This document shows, piece by piece, positions 1 through 9,737 of a DNA stretch of 64,000 bases. Made by a program: the position numbers and the translations under genes. Source of the DNA: a virus. The DNA lies in IMG/VR virus record IMGVR_UViG_3300035169_000087, positions 1 to 64,000 of that record. One strand, given 5' to 3'. Each line of letters opens with the position of its first letter. Position 1 is the stretch's first letter. Below the pieces are notes generated by a model, which saw nothing but the letters and a program-made list of their open reading frames with translations, searched no databases and was not told the origin of the DNA.

Positions 1-158
1 CGTTCACGGAGGCCAAGCCGAACTTCGGCGAGGAGGCGATCAAGTTCGACTGTGCCGGTTCGTGCGTGTTCAACAGCACGAACATCGGTACCAGCGGCGG
101 CCTGGGTCCGGCGACGGTGAGCCTGCAGAACGCGATCGCCGCAGCCACCTACCTGTAA
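1..158 (+). CDS. Major tail (tube) protein, 3' end only
   Basis: Open frame from base 3 (FTEAKPNFGEEAIKFDC...LQNAIAAATYL) ends TAA at 156-158; lies just upstream of the chaperone and tape measure genes. Confidence 0.6.
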   Translation, partial: FTEAKPNFGEEAIKFDCAGSCVFNSTNIGTSGGLGPATVSLQNAIAAATYL

Positions 159-166
159 GGACCCGC

Positions 167-664
167 ATGAAGATCGACCTTCCGAGTGGCGCGTGTGCGG
201 ACCTGCTCGCGCCCGACAAACTCAAGGCCAAGCACCAGCGCGCCGTGATGCGGGCGATCACGAACCAGGACCAGCGCGAAGGCGGCATGGCCGTCGACCT
301 GACCGACGGCGTGATCGCCATCATCATCCAGGACTGGACCGTGACCGGCGACGACGGCGAACTGCTGCCGCTGCCCAGCGAGAAGTTCTCCTCGCTCGAT
401 GAGCTGTCGATCGAGGACTACGAGACGCTGCTGGGCCACGAGTACGTGGTGCAGGTCGCCACGCGGCTGATGAAGCTGCGCGCCGAGCGAGTGAGCCCGG
501 ACGACTGGAACGACCCGGCGTCCCCTTCCGTGCCCTCGAGCGAATCCGGGCCCGGCTCGAGGGCGGCACTATCCCCGAGCGCAAAGACGTCCGCACAGAG
601 TGGGACGAAGACGAGGTCTACGTCCACTTCGCGGAGCGCTGGCACCTCCCGCCGCAAGTCGTAG
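167..664 (+). CDS. Tail assembly chaperone (gpG-like)
   Basis: ATG 167; IIQDWTV..DDGELLPLP...LDELSIEDY pattern; Ser/Thr-rich tail after ~520; position between tail tube and tape measure. Confidence 0.75.
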   Translation: MKIDLPSGACADLLAPDKLKAKHQRAVMRAITNQDQREGGMAVDLTDGVIAIIIQDWTVTGDDGELLPLPSEKFSSLDELSIEDYETLLGHEYVVQVATRLMKLRAERVSPDDWNDPASPSVPSSESGPGSRAALSPSAKTSAQSGTKTRSTSTSRSAGTSRRKS

Positions 665-759
665 ACGAGATCCCCGTCGGCCCGTTCAACCACATGCTGC
701 CCATCGCGCAGGTATTCGACGAAGTGCGCGCCGAACGGGAGAAGACCCGGTGGGGGTGA
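523..759 (+). CDS. -1 frame extension of tail assembly chaperone (gpGT-like)
   Basis: -1 frame reads PFRALERIRARLEGG...FAERWHLPPQVVDEIPVGPFNHML...EKTRWG, stop TGA 757-759, 4 bp before the next ATG; no suitable start codon of its own at the 5' end. Confidence 0.7.
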   Translation, partial: PFRALERIRARLEGGTIPERKDVRTEWDEDEVYVHFAERWHLPPQVVDEIPVGPFNHMLPIAQVFDEVRAEREKTRWG

Positions 760-763
760 GGGC

Positions 764-1255
764 ATGGCGGTGCGGCTGCTCGGCGTCCCGCAGTTCATGG
801 CCGCGATCGACGGAATGGTCACGCGAGCCGACTTCGCGGCGCGTGAAGCGACCGGCAAGGGCGCGCACCTGATCGAGGCAGCGACCAAGCAGAAACTGGC
901 CGAGTCGAGCGGCACCGTCACGCGCGGGCAGCGCGACTCCCGTGGCCGTTTCACCCGCAACCAGACCAGCCCGTCGTCGCCCGGGCAACCTCCCGCGCTG
1001 CAAACAGGACAGTTGCGCCGCTCGGTCCGCGTCGAGGGGCCGACGAGAACAGGGCCCGGGGCGTGGGAGTCGAAGACCGGGCCGACCGCAGCGTACGGGC
1101 GCATCCAGGAACTCGGCGGCGTCACGGGACGCGGCGGGGCGACAACGCTGCCCGCGCGGCCCTACCTCGGCCCGGCGCTTAAGGAACTGATTGATTCCGG
1201 GCGGCTGGCCGAGGTGTACACGCAGGCGTGGCGCAGCGCGTGGTACCGCGGCTGA
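764..1255 (+). CDS. HK97 gp10-like tail completion/morphogenesis protein
   Basis: PP..QTGQLRRS, YGRIQELGG and LPARPYLGPA motifs. Confidence 0.7.
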   Translation: MAVRLLGVPQFMAAIDGMVTRADFAAREATGKGAHLIEAATKQKLAESSGTVTRGQRDSRGRFTRNQTSPSSPGQPPALQTGQLRRSVRVEGPTRTGPGAWESKTGPTAAYGRIQELGGVTGRGGATTLPARPYLGPALKELIDSGRLAEVYTQAWRSAWYRG

Positions 1256-1314
1256 CGCCGCCGATCGAGTCGAGCTCTTCCCGTCATTGACCTCTTCCGG
1301 ACGGGGGTGTGTCA

Positions 1315-4212
1315 ATGGCTGGATTTTTACCGCCAGTTATTGCCGTCCTGGGCGCCTCTATCGGCGAATTCACCGCGAAGATGGGCGAGGCCCGCGCGGA
1401 GATGCGCACCACCGAGGGCTCCTTCGCGGAGGCCGGCGCCCTGGGCAAGGGCGCGCTGCTCGGCATCGGCGCTGTCGCGCTCGGTGTCGGCTACGAGTCG
1501 GTGAAGATGGCCGCCGGGTTCGACCAGGCCATGGAAATGGTCCACACCCAGGCCGGCGCGTCACAGGCCGAGGTCGACAAACTCAAGGGCTCTGTGCTCG
1601 CGCTCGCCCCCGCGGTGGGCATGGGCCCGGAGGAACTGGCCACCGGCCTGTACCACATCGAATCGGCCGGGTTCCGCGGCGCGCAGGCCATGGACATGCT
1701 CACCGCCGCGGCGAAGCTCTCGCAGATCGGCCAGTCCGACTTCGAGACCACCGCGCAGGCCGTCGTCGGCGTGATGGCCTCCCAGATCAAGGGCGTCAAA
1801 GACGCCGCCGACGCGGGGAACCTGCTCAACACCACCGTCGGCATGGGCGACATGAAGATGCAGCAGCTCGCGCAGGCCATCGGCACCGGGATCCTGCCGA
1901 AGGCCGCCGCCGTGGGCCTCTCGTTCGAGGACGTGGGCAGCGCGCTGGCGACCCTCACCGACAACGTGACGCCCGCGAACGAGGCCGCCACCCGCCTGGG
2001 CATGACGTTTTCGCTGATGGAAACGCATACGCCTAAGGCGAATGCCGCGTTCGAGGCGATCGGGATGACGAGCGTCCAAACCGCGAACGACATGCGCGGC
2101 CCTGGCGGTCTACTCAAGGCGCTGGAAGACCTCAAAGGCCACCTCGACGCCACGTATCCGGCCGGCAAGCAGGTCAAATTGTCGCTGCAGGAGCAGCAGG
2201 CGGAGATGAAGAAGTACTCCGACTCCCTCACGGCGATGGGCGTGCCACTCGATCAGCAGACCACGATGCTGAACACCTTCAAGGGCAACCTGGAGAAGAC
2301 CGGCAGCGCGGCGGTCAAGCAGGCGAACGCGCTCTCGGCGATGTTCGGCGGCGGCAAGTCCTCCGGCACCATGCTCACGCTGCTCGGCGAGATGGACCGG
2401 TTCAAGGAAAAGACGCAGCAGTACGGCACCGCCGCGAGCCGCGCGCAGCAGGCTCAGGAGGCGTGGGCGGCGCAGCAAGCCCAGTTCTCCCAGCAGATGC
2501 ACCAGATCGGCGCCCAGCTCGACGTGTGGGGCGTCAAACTCGGCAACGTCCTGATCCCCGCGCTGCAGAAGTTCATCGGCTGGGTCCAGACCGGCGCGAA
2601 ATGGATCTCGCAACACAAGGACGTCCTCGCGATCCTCGCCGGAGTCATCGCAGGACTGGTCATCCCCGCTATCTACTCGATGGCCGTCGCGTTCGGCACA
2701 TTCACCGCAGCGCTGCTGACCAACCCGGTGTTCCTGGTGATCGCGGCGCTCGCCGCAGGCGCCTACCTGATCATCACGCACTGGGGCGCGGTCAAGCACT
2801 TCTTCGAAGACCTGTGGAAATGGCTGAAAGAAGCCGCAGGCGCGGCGTGGGACTTCATCAAATCCCACCTACACGAGGTCGAAGCCGCCCTGATCGTCGT
2901 GCTCGGGCCGATCGGCCTGATCATCACCGCGGCCATCGAAATCGTGAAGCACTGGAGCGCCGTCAAGGGCGCGCTCGGGGACGTGTGGAACTGGATGAAA
3001 CGAGAGGCCGGTGCGGTCGGCTCGTTCTTCGAAGGGATCTTCAACGGGATCGCGCAGCCCATCGAGCGGGAGTGGAACCGGATCGCTGGGGACCTCGCCT
3101 CGATCTGGGAATCGCTGACCACGATCTGGAACGCCACCGGCGGGAAACTCGTCTCGCTGATCGCCGACCACATGACGCAGATCAAGGCGGTTTTCTCACA
3201 GGCGTGGGCCTTCATCTCCGGGATCGTCCAGGCTGATCTGCGTTTCGTGGAGGGTCTGGTGCGCGCCGGGTGGGACCTGGTGCAGGGCATCTTCCATGTG
3301 GCGTGGGACGGGATCTCCGGGTATTTCAGGGCGGTCTGGGACATCATCTCGGGTGTCGTCAAGGCCGCGCTGTCGATCATCACCGGCGTCGTAAAGGCCG
3401 CGTGGGACGTGATCGCGGGCATCTTCAAAATCACCTGGACCCTCATCACGGGCACGGTGAACACCGCGCTCGATATCATCAAGGGCCTGTTGAAACTCTT
3501 CGCGGACCTGGTGACCGGCCAGTGGGGCAAGCTGTGGAGCGACGCGAAGAACCTGGTGTCGACAGTGTGGAACGACATCGCGGGCATCTTCTCCAGGGTG
3601 CTCGGCGACATCAAGAACACAGTCGTGGGCGCGGCCAAAAACATCTGGCACGGCTTCACCGGCGCGATCACGGACGCCATCAGCGGCGTGACCGGCGCGC
3701 TCAAGGCCGTGTGGGGCGCGGTCGTCGGCGCGTTCAGCGACGCGGGCAAGTGGCTGTGGAACGCCGGCGCGAGCATCATCAACGGCCTGGTCGGCGGCAT
3801 CAAGTCCGTGATCGGGGACGTGAAGAACACCCTGGGACACCTGGCTTCGGACATCGTCAGCTGGAAGGGCCCGCCGTCGAAGGACGCGGTGCTGCTGTGG
3901 GGCAACGGCCAACTGCTGATGCAGGGGCTGATGGGCGGCATCGACAGTAAGACGGGTGAGTTGCAGAGGAAACTGGCGGGTGTCAGTGCGACGATCGCTG
4001 GGGGTGTCGGCGGTTCGGGCTCGTCCGGGATGCTGTCGGGTAGCGGCCTCGGCGGCGGGGTGTCGTCGGGCAATGGCGTGATCGTCGTGGTCAACGTGCA
4101 GGGCGCGGTGCACAGTGACGCGGGCATCGCGAAGGTGGTGCGCCAGGAGGTGCTGCGCTACCAGCAGCGCAACTCCCGCAACAACCTTTCGCTGGCCGGG
4201 TTCGGCAGCTAG
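1315..4212 (+). CDS. Tape measure protein (~965 aa)
   Basis: Long Ala/Gly-rich helical ORF with TP901-type core, hydrophobic segments and periodic Trp repeats (AWD/VWD/IWN). Confidence 0.93.
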   Translation: MAGFLPPVIAVLGASIGEFTAKMGEARAEMRTTEGSFAEAGALGKGALLGIGAVALGVGYESVKMAAGFDQAMEMVHTQAGASQAEVDKLKGSVLALAPAVGMGPEELATGLYHIESAGFRGAQAMDMLTAAAKLSQIGQSDFETTAQAVVGVMASQIKGVKDAADAGNLLNTTVGMGDMKMQQLAQAIGTGILPKAAAVGLSFEDVGSALATLTDNVTPANEAATRLGMTFSLMETHTPKANAAFEAIGMTSVQTANDMRGPGGLLKALEDLKGHLDATYPAGKQVKLSLQEQQAEMKKYSDSLTAMGVPLDQQTTMLNTFKGNLEKTGSAAVKQANALSAMFGGGKSSGTMLTLLGEMDRFKEKTQQYGTAASRAQQAQEAWAAQQAQFSQQMHQIGAQLDVWGVKLGNVLIPALQKFIGWVQTGAKWISQHKDVLAILAGVIAGLVIPAIYSMAVAFGTFTAALLTNPVFLVIAALAAGAYLIITHWGAVKHFFEDLWKWLKEAAGAAWDFIKSHLHEVEAALIVVLGPIGLIITAAIEIVKHWSAVKGALGDVWNWMKREAGAVGSFFEGIFNGIAQPIEREWNRIAGDLASIWESLTTIWNATGGKLVSLIADHMTQIKAVFSQAWAFISGIVQADLRFVEGLVRAGWDLVQGIFHVAWDGISGYFRAVWDIISGVVKAALSIITGVVKAAWDVIAGIFKITWTLITGTVNTALDIIKGLLKLFADLVTGQWGKLWSDAKNLVSTVWNDIAGIFSRVLGDIKNTVVGAAKNIWHGFTGAITDAISGVTGALKAVWGAVVGAFSDAGKWLWNAGASIINGLVGGIKSVIGDVKNTLGHLASDIVSWKGPPSKDAVLLWGNGQLLMQGLMGGIDSKTGELQRKLAGVSATIAGGVGGSGSSGMLSGSGLGGGVSSGNGVIVVVNVQGAVHSDAGIAKVVRQEVLRYQQRNSRNNLSLAGFGS

Positions 4213-4520
4213 TTGCCGACCCGTGCTGCTGCCGTCGCGGCGGCATCTCTGCACCGGTCGGCGCTTGCGCCAAGTCCCGCGCCGTCGAGACGCTCGGCGA
4301 GATCACCAAACACCGCCATGTCGCGCAGGGCGGTGCGCCGGACGAGCTTACGGTCCAACGCCTGCGCGCCGGTACCGCGATAGATGCCCTGCCAGATGTC
4401 GGCCAGCCACCGATCGAGCGTGACGAACGGTTCATGCTCGACGAACCGGCAAGCAAGAACGAGCGCCACATCAGCCGCGATGATCCCGATCGTCAGGATG
4501 AGCGCGGCCGGCTGGCTCAC
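4209..4520 (-). CDS. Hypothetical single-pass membrane protein
   Basis: N-terminal hydrophobic stretch; 4-bp overlap with the upstream minus-strand ORF. Confidence 0.45.
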   Translation of the reverse strand: MSQPAALILTIGIIAADVALVLACRFVEHEPFVTLDRWLADIWQGIYRGTGAQALDRKLVRRTALRDMAVFGDLAERLDGAGLGASADRCRDAAATAAARVGN

Positions 4521-4768
4521 TTCGGTGCCTCAGCGGTCTCGCCCTGCGCGAGCAGCGGCCCGAGTTGCCGCCACAGCGGCACGACGCGGGCGACCGTCGC
4601 GACCCAGATCGGTTCGATGAACTTACGGGCCGCCGCCAAGTTCGCCTCCAGTTCGGCGATCCGCGCAGCCTGGTCGCGGTGCTCAGCCAGGACCGTGCGC
4701 AGGTCTTGGAGCGGCAACTCCCCCTGGTCGGCCCAGCGCGCGAGCCGCTCCGCTGCATCACTCGTCAT
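4517..4768 (-). CDS. Hypothetical protein, probably leaderless
   Basis: TAGCCT-N6-ATG on the minus strand; coiled-coil-like sequence. Confidence 0.5.
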   Translation of the reverse strand: MTSDAAERLARWADQGELPLQDLRTVLAEHRDQAARIAELEANLAAARKFIEPIWVATVARVVPLWRQLGPLLAQGETAEAPK

Positions 4769-4777
4769 GCCGTCAGG

Positions 4778-5338
4778 CTACGGCAGGTTCCACTGCGCGG
4801 TACTGTCCGCCATCCCCGAATCCGGCGTGAACTGCAACTTCACCGGCTTATCCCCGACCGGAACCTGAAACACCACCACACCGAGCACCGAATCGCCCGC
4901 CGCGAGATTCACCGACCCGAACGACTGCCCGGCCGTGACATCCGACAAGTCCGACTGGAACTGCTGCCCCGAGGAGTCCCGCAGCACGACGCAGTTGTCC
5001 GGGGAATCCGAATAGGCCTTCGACCCGGCGTTGGTGATCCGCAGCTGTACCGCGTAGAACTGCTTGCCGCTGTCCGGGCTGGTGAACTCGTCCGCGCCCT
5101 TCGCGTCCGGGAACAGCTTGACCAGTTGCACCGTCAGCTTCTCGCCGCCGAACCCGGTCACGCTAATCGAATCACCGACCCCCGCCGGTTTCACTGCAGG
5201 CTTCGACGACGACGCTACGGCCGCCACAGACGGCGCACCGCTCGCGGCGGCCGTGTTCACCGTGCTGCCCGTACTAGAGCACCCAGCCAAAGCGGCGGAC
5301 AACAAGACAACGGCCGGCCACGCGAAACGTGCGCGCAT
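4778..5338 (-). CDS. Lipoprotein with DUF4352-like Ig-fold domain
   Basis: Signal peptide with lipobox LAGC; FYAVQLRITNAG, LRDSSGQQF and GVVVFQVP motifs. Confidence 0.8.
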   Translation of the reverse strand: MRARFAWPAVVLLSAALAGCSSTGSTVNTAAASGAPSVAAVASSSKPAVKPAGVGDSISVTGFGGEKLTVQLVKLFPDAKGADEFTSPDSGKQFYAVQLRITNAGSKAYSDSPDNCVVLRDSSGQQFQSDLSDVTAGQSFGSVNLAAGDSVLGVVVFQVPVGDKPVKLQFTPDSGMADSTAQWNLP

Positions 5339-5445
5339 GAGGAACCCCCCTCGACGTCGGTATCAGACGTGCGCGACGGTACCCCACGCCTACGGCGCCG
5401 ACGGGACTGGTGCCCGGATCGTTACCAGCGGGGCGGGGGTACGCC

Positions 5446-8400
5446 ATGGCGATCACCACCATCCCGCCCACCTTCTACCAGGTCGCGTTCAACGCCGACC
5501 CCAACCAGGCCGTCATCCCCCCGTACTGGACCGACCAGTCCTGGCGCGTCCAGTTCCCCTGGTCCTCCGCGCGGGGACGGCAATACGAACTCGACGCCGT
5601 GGAAACCGGCGAATGGCGCCCCACCCTCGCCAACCCCGACGGCGCCCTGGACCCCTCAAACACGACCTCGCCGTACGCGCCGAACGTGCTGCCGTTCCGC
5701 CAAGCCCGCATCCAGTGCAAACCCGGCCCCAACCAGCTGACCCCAGACCAGGCCACCGCGGGAGAGGCGACCGGCTACCCGGCCGGGATCACCGCACCCG
5801 CACAGATGGCGGTCTCCAACGACTTCGGGTACACCGTCACACTCGCCGCCAGCGGCACCGCCTACCAAGGCAACCAGGTCTACCAGGTCACCGTGCCCGG
5901 CGGTGCGACACAGTTCACCACGATCCTGCTGATCAAACCCGTGCCGGTGACACCGCTAGTCACCTACAGCTTCAGCGCGCAGGTGCGCATCAACTCCGGC
6001 ACGTCCGCACCCACGAACGCGACGATCCTGTGGTACGACACCACCGGCGCGAACATCTCCTCAATCGGTGGCGCCGCGGTCACACCCACGTCCGGCTCCT
6101 CGACGTGGAACCAGATCAGCGTCTCGGGCGCAGCACCAAGCGCCGCGTACAGCGCAGTCCTGAAAATCGAGATCGCCTCCGGCGGATCCACTTCCGCCAG
6201 CACCGTGTGGCAGGCCGACGGGCTGCAACTGGAACAGAACCCCTTCGCGACCCCGTTCCAGATCCCCAACATCCTGTCCGCGAACCTGTTCCCGGGGAAC
6301 CTCGCGACCGGCGGCTACGACACTCAGGGCGCAGCCGGCTGGTGGTATCCCACTGTCGGCGCCGTCTCCTACGTCACCGGGCTCACGGCCGCGCCGACCG
6401 GGCACACCAACGCGTTCGCGTGGACCAGCCCGGCAAGCACGACCAGCGCGTCCCCGATGCTGACCGGCCCGGCGGCGTCCGGCCCCGTCGCGGACATCGT
6501 GCAGGTCGCCGGGAGCACCGCGTACAGCGCCTCGTTCTACGCGCTGCGCGCCGCCTCCGCCGACGCCACCCTCGCCGTCACGGCCACGATCACCTGGTAC
6601 GGCGCTGCGGCCACGTCACTGGGCACCAGCGTCGGCTCGCCGCTCACCCTCGCCACCGGCACCTGGGGGCGGCTCACAGTCTCGGGCACGAGCCCCGCCG
6701 GGGCACTGTGGGGCCGCGTGTCGCTCGCCGTCACCACCCCGGCGTCCACGACCGCGTCCAACACCGTGTACCTGACGGCGGGACAGTTCGAGGCCGCCGC
6801 GTCCCCGAGTTCGTGGCGCGACACCGGGCCCACGTACTCGATCATCACGCCGTTCGTTGAGCGCTGGCCGCAAACGTGGTCGGAGCAGGACGGCACCTAC
6901 GGCACGAGCAGTGTGATCGGCGACGACGCGCTCGTGGCCCTCTCGCAGTACACGCTGACCGCCCCGTTCATCGAAGAAGTCAACGCGTTAAACCCGAACT
7001 TCTTCTATCCCCTGTCCGATCCGCAGGGGTCCACCAGTTGCGCGGACGCTTCCGGCAGGCGGGTCGCCGCTCCGGTGGAGAACTCGCCGTTCGGCGCGGG
7101 TTCGCTCGTGTTCGGCGGCTCGATCACCTCGGTCACCGCGGGTTCGGCGTTCATCGGCAGCAGCGGTCCCGTCGCGACATTCGCCAACGACGCCACGCAG
7201 AACCCGCCGACGCAGGTGCAGCGCGCCGAGACGTTCGTGTCCATCCACAAGACCACGAGCAGCCCGGGGCTCCCGAACACCGGGGCGTGGACCAGGATCA
7301 TCGCTTTCCGCGCCGCCGCAGCGCCCGGCACCAACAAGGGCTACACCCTGTGGGACGCCGAACCCGCATCGTGGACAACCAACGCGTCCCTCGCCTCGTT
7401 CGCGATCAACAGCCTCGGCCAGGCGAACATCCAATGGTCCAACACCCTGGGCAACAGCGCGTGGGACTACACCGGCACGACGAACCTGTGCGACGGCAAC
7501 TGGCACCTGCTGGCCATGGGCAACGACCCGGCCGCCACCGGCACCGTGATCTGGGTCGACGGGGCGGTCGTGTCCACCAGCCCCGGGTCCACCGGGCTGC
7601 CGTCCGGGTTCGTCACCGACGCGCTGGGCTGCTCGATCAGCGCCGGCCGCCAGTACTACGACGCCGGGCACATCGGCGATTTGGCGTTCGCCGCCGAATT
7701 CCCCGCGCTGCTCACCAGCGCACAGATGAGCAACCTGTACAACTCCTGGCGCACCGCGAGCCAGGGCGAGTCCACCGGTGCCCGCATCCAGCGCATCCTC
7801 ACCTCCTGGATCGGCTGGACCGGCGCGACCGCACTGGACGCCGGCCAAACCACGAGCATGGGCCCAGCGACCGACCTCACCGGCGCGACCGCACTGGACG
7901 CGTGCAACAACGTCACGCTCACCGAGAGCGGCAACTTCTACGCCGCCGCGAACGGCACACTCACCTTCAAATCCCGCACCGCCCGCTACGGCCAACTGGT
8001 ACCGGCGTACATCTTCGGCGAGAAGACCGCGGTCGGCGAGTGGCCGTTCGAAAACCCGTTCCAGTTCGACGATGATTCCAGTCACATCGCGAACAACGTG
8101 CAGGTCACACAGTACGGCGGTTCGGTGTACACGGCGCTGGGCGCCACGTCGAGCGGCCGTTATTTCCCGCGCGTCTACCAGCGCACGATCAACACGACGA
8201 GCGCGGCCGAATGCCAGGATGCCGCGGCCTATCTGCTCTCGCAGTACAAGGACGCGCACATGCGCGTCTCGGCGCTGCGCCTGCACCCCAGCGCGGTCCC
8301 GGGCCTGTTCCAGGTGTGCCTGGCTTTGGAGCTCGGGACGCGGATCCGGGTGAACCGGCGCCCGAACGGCGCCCCGCAGATCACGTGGGACGGGTTCGTC

Positions 8401-9684
8401 GAGAAGATCGAGTGGGAGTGGGATCCGGACCAGGGCGGCGAGGTGTTCGTCAACCTCCAGTGTTCGCCGGCGGATCGCGCGTCGTACTGGGTGCTCGGGG
8501 CGTTGCATACGACGCTGAACGCGCAGGCGGCGAGCGGCCAGAACCAGGCGACGATCCGGGCGCTACCGGACTCGGCGGTCAACGCGCTCGCGTCTTCGCT
8601 GCCGCAGGGCTACCAGCTCACGTTCGATCCCGGCCTGCCGACGCAGGAGACGATGACGCTCGCGGCCACCGGGATCCCCGCGACCAACCCCGGCTACAGC
8701 ACCGCCACGCTCACGTTCACCAGCAACTTCGCGTTCACGCACGCCGCGAACGCCGTCGTGTGCGAACCGCTGCCCACCGGATACACCGACCCCACCACGT
8801 GGGATGCCGCGTCCGTCATCGGCGCCGCGTACGCCACGACCCCGGGGCAGGTCTCCGGCACGACCCTGCTACCGGTGGGCACGTTCGGGGACGCGAAAAC
8901 CAACGCCCTCGCTAGCGACCTGGCGACCGGCGACGTCATCTGGATCGGGCCCGGCACCGCCAACTTCGAGGGCTACAACCTGCTTCACCCCTCGGTTTCG
9001 ACCGCGGGCGAAGGCGCGATCCCGCTGGCGACCGGCACGTCCGGTGCGGGCCTCGGCCTGGCCAGCGACCTCGGGACACCCACCGTCACCGCCTCCGGCA
9101 CCGCGTTCCAAGGCGCCAACGTGTGGCAGGTCTCCGTCGCGGGCGGCGCCACTACCCCGAAGGGCCTGCTGTACGTCAACAAGGTGGGCGCGGCGCCGCT
9201 GCTGGCGTTCACCGTCTCGGCGTACACGCGCTCGGCGACCACCGGCGCGAACCCGGTCTGCGACATCTACGTCAAGTTCCTGGACGCCAACGGCGCGACC
9301 CTCACGCAGACCACCTCGGGCACCAGCACCCTAACCGGATCCCCCACCGCCGCATGGACGCGCCTGACCGCCACGGCCACCGCCCCGGCCGGAACCGTGT
9401 GGGTGCAGTTGGGGATCCTGCTCACCGGCACCGCACCGGCCGGCGCGTGGTCGTTCCAGACCGACGGCCTGCAGGTCGAGCAGAACGGCTCCGCGAGCGC
9501 GTATCAGACCGCGCCGCAGGTCAAGTCCGTCACGGCGGGAGCGCCCGGGTACAGCAGCGCGCAGATCGTGCTCGCCCAGAACCTGATCAACAACCACGGC
9601 GCGGGCGAATGGGTGTGCGACCCGCTGCCGCCCGGCACCACCAACCCCACCGCGGTCACCGCCACCGCGAAACTCGCGTACTAA
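5446..9684 (+). CDS. Large minor tail protein with three carbohydrate-binding-like modules and a LamG/ConA-like domain
   Basis: ATG 5446; N-terminal RGRQYELD..ETGE...LANPDGALDP; DGNWHLL...IWVDG LamG-like motif; three W.....S/TA.AP.GA-type repeats. Confidence 0.8.
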   Translation: MAITTIPPTFYQVAFNADPNQAVIPPYWTDQSWRVQFPWSSARGRQYELDAVETGEWRPTLANPDGALDPSNTTSPYAPNVLPFRQARIQCKPGPNQLTPDQATAGEATGYPAGITAPAQMAVSNDFGYTVTLAASGTAYQGNQVYQVTVPGGATQFTTILLIKPVPVTPLVTYSFSAQVRINSGTSAPTNATILWYDTTGANISSIGGAAVTPTSGSSTWNQISVSGAAPSAAYSAVLKIEIASGGSTSASTVWQADGLQLEQNPFATPFQIPNILSANLFPGNLATGGYDTQGAAGWWYPTVGAVSYVTGLTAAPTGHTNAFAWTSPASTTSASPMLTGPAASGPVADIVQVAGSTAYSASFYALRAASADATLAVTATITWYGAAATSLGTSVGSPLTLATGTWGRLTVSGTSPAGALWGRVSLAVTTPASTTASNTVYLTAGQFEAAASPSSWRDTGPTYSIITPFVERWPQTWSEQDGTYGTSSVIGDDALVALSQYTLTAPFIEEVNALNPNFFYPLSDPQGSTSCADASGRRVAAPVENSPFGAGSLVFGGSITSVTAGSAFIGSSGPVATFANDATQNPPTQVQRAETFVSIHKTTSSPGLPNTGAWTRIIAFRAAAAPGTNKGYTLWDAEPASWTTNASLASFAINSLGQANIQWSNTLGNSAWDYTGTTNLCDGNWHLLAMGNDPAATGTVIWVDGAVVSTSPGSTGLPSGFVTDALGCSISAGRQYYDAGHIGDLAFAAEFPALLTSAQMSNLYNSWRTASQGESTGARIQRILTSWIGWTGATALDAGQTTSMGPATDLTGATALDACNNVTLTESGNFYAAANGTLTFKSRTARYGQLVPAYIFGEKTAVGEWPFENPFQFDDDSSHIANNVQVTQYGGSVYTALGATSSGRYFPRVYQRTINTTSAAECQDAAAYLLSQYKDAHMRVSALRLHPSAVPGLFQVCLALELGTRIRVNRRPNGAPQITWDGFVEKIEWEWDPDQGGEVFVNLQCSPADRASYWVLGALHTTLNAQAASGQNQATIRALPDSAVNALASSLPQGYQLTFDPGLPTQETMTLAATGIPATNPGYSTATLTFTSNFAFTHAANAVVCEPLPTGYTDPTTWDAASVIGAAYATTPGQVSGTTLLPVGTFGDAKTNALASDLATGDVIWIGPGTANFEGYNLLHPSVSTAGEGAIPLATGTSGAGLGLASDLGTPTVTASGTAFQGANVWQVSVAGGATTPKGLLYVNKVGAAPLLAFTVSAYTRSATTGANPVCDIYVKFLDANGATLTQTTSGTSTLTGSPTAAWTRLTATATAPAGTVWVQLGILLTGTAPAGAWSFQTDGLQVEQNGSASAYQTAPQVKSVTAGAPGYSSAQIVLAQNLINNHGAGEWVCDPLPPGTTNPTAVTATAKLAY

Positions 9685-9737
9685 CAGCACCCTGACGTCC
9701 GGCCGCCCGGCCGCCCCTTGCCCGAAAGGAGCGGCCG

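Noticed and set aside
7819-7901. 23-bp direct repeat ACCGGCGCGACCGCACTGGACGC, 60 bp apart
   Set aside because: In-frame duplication encoding TGATALDA within the tail protein; no sign of a separate function
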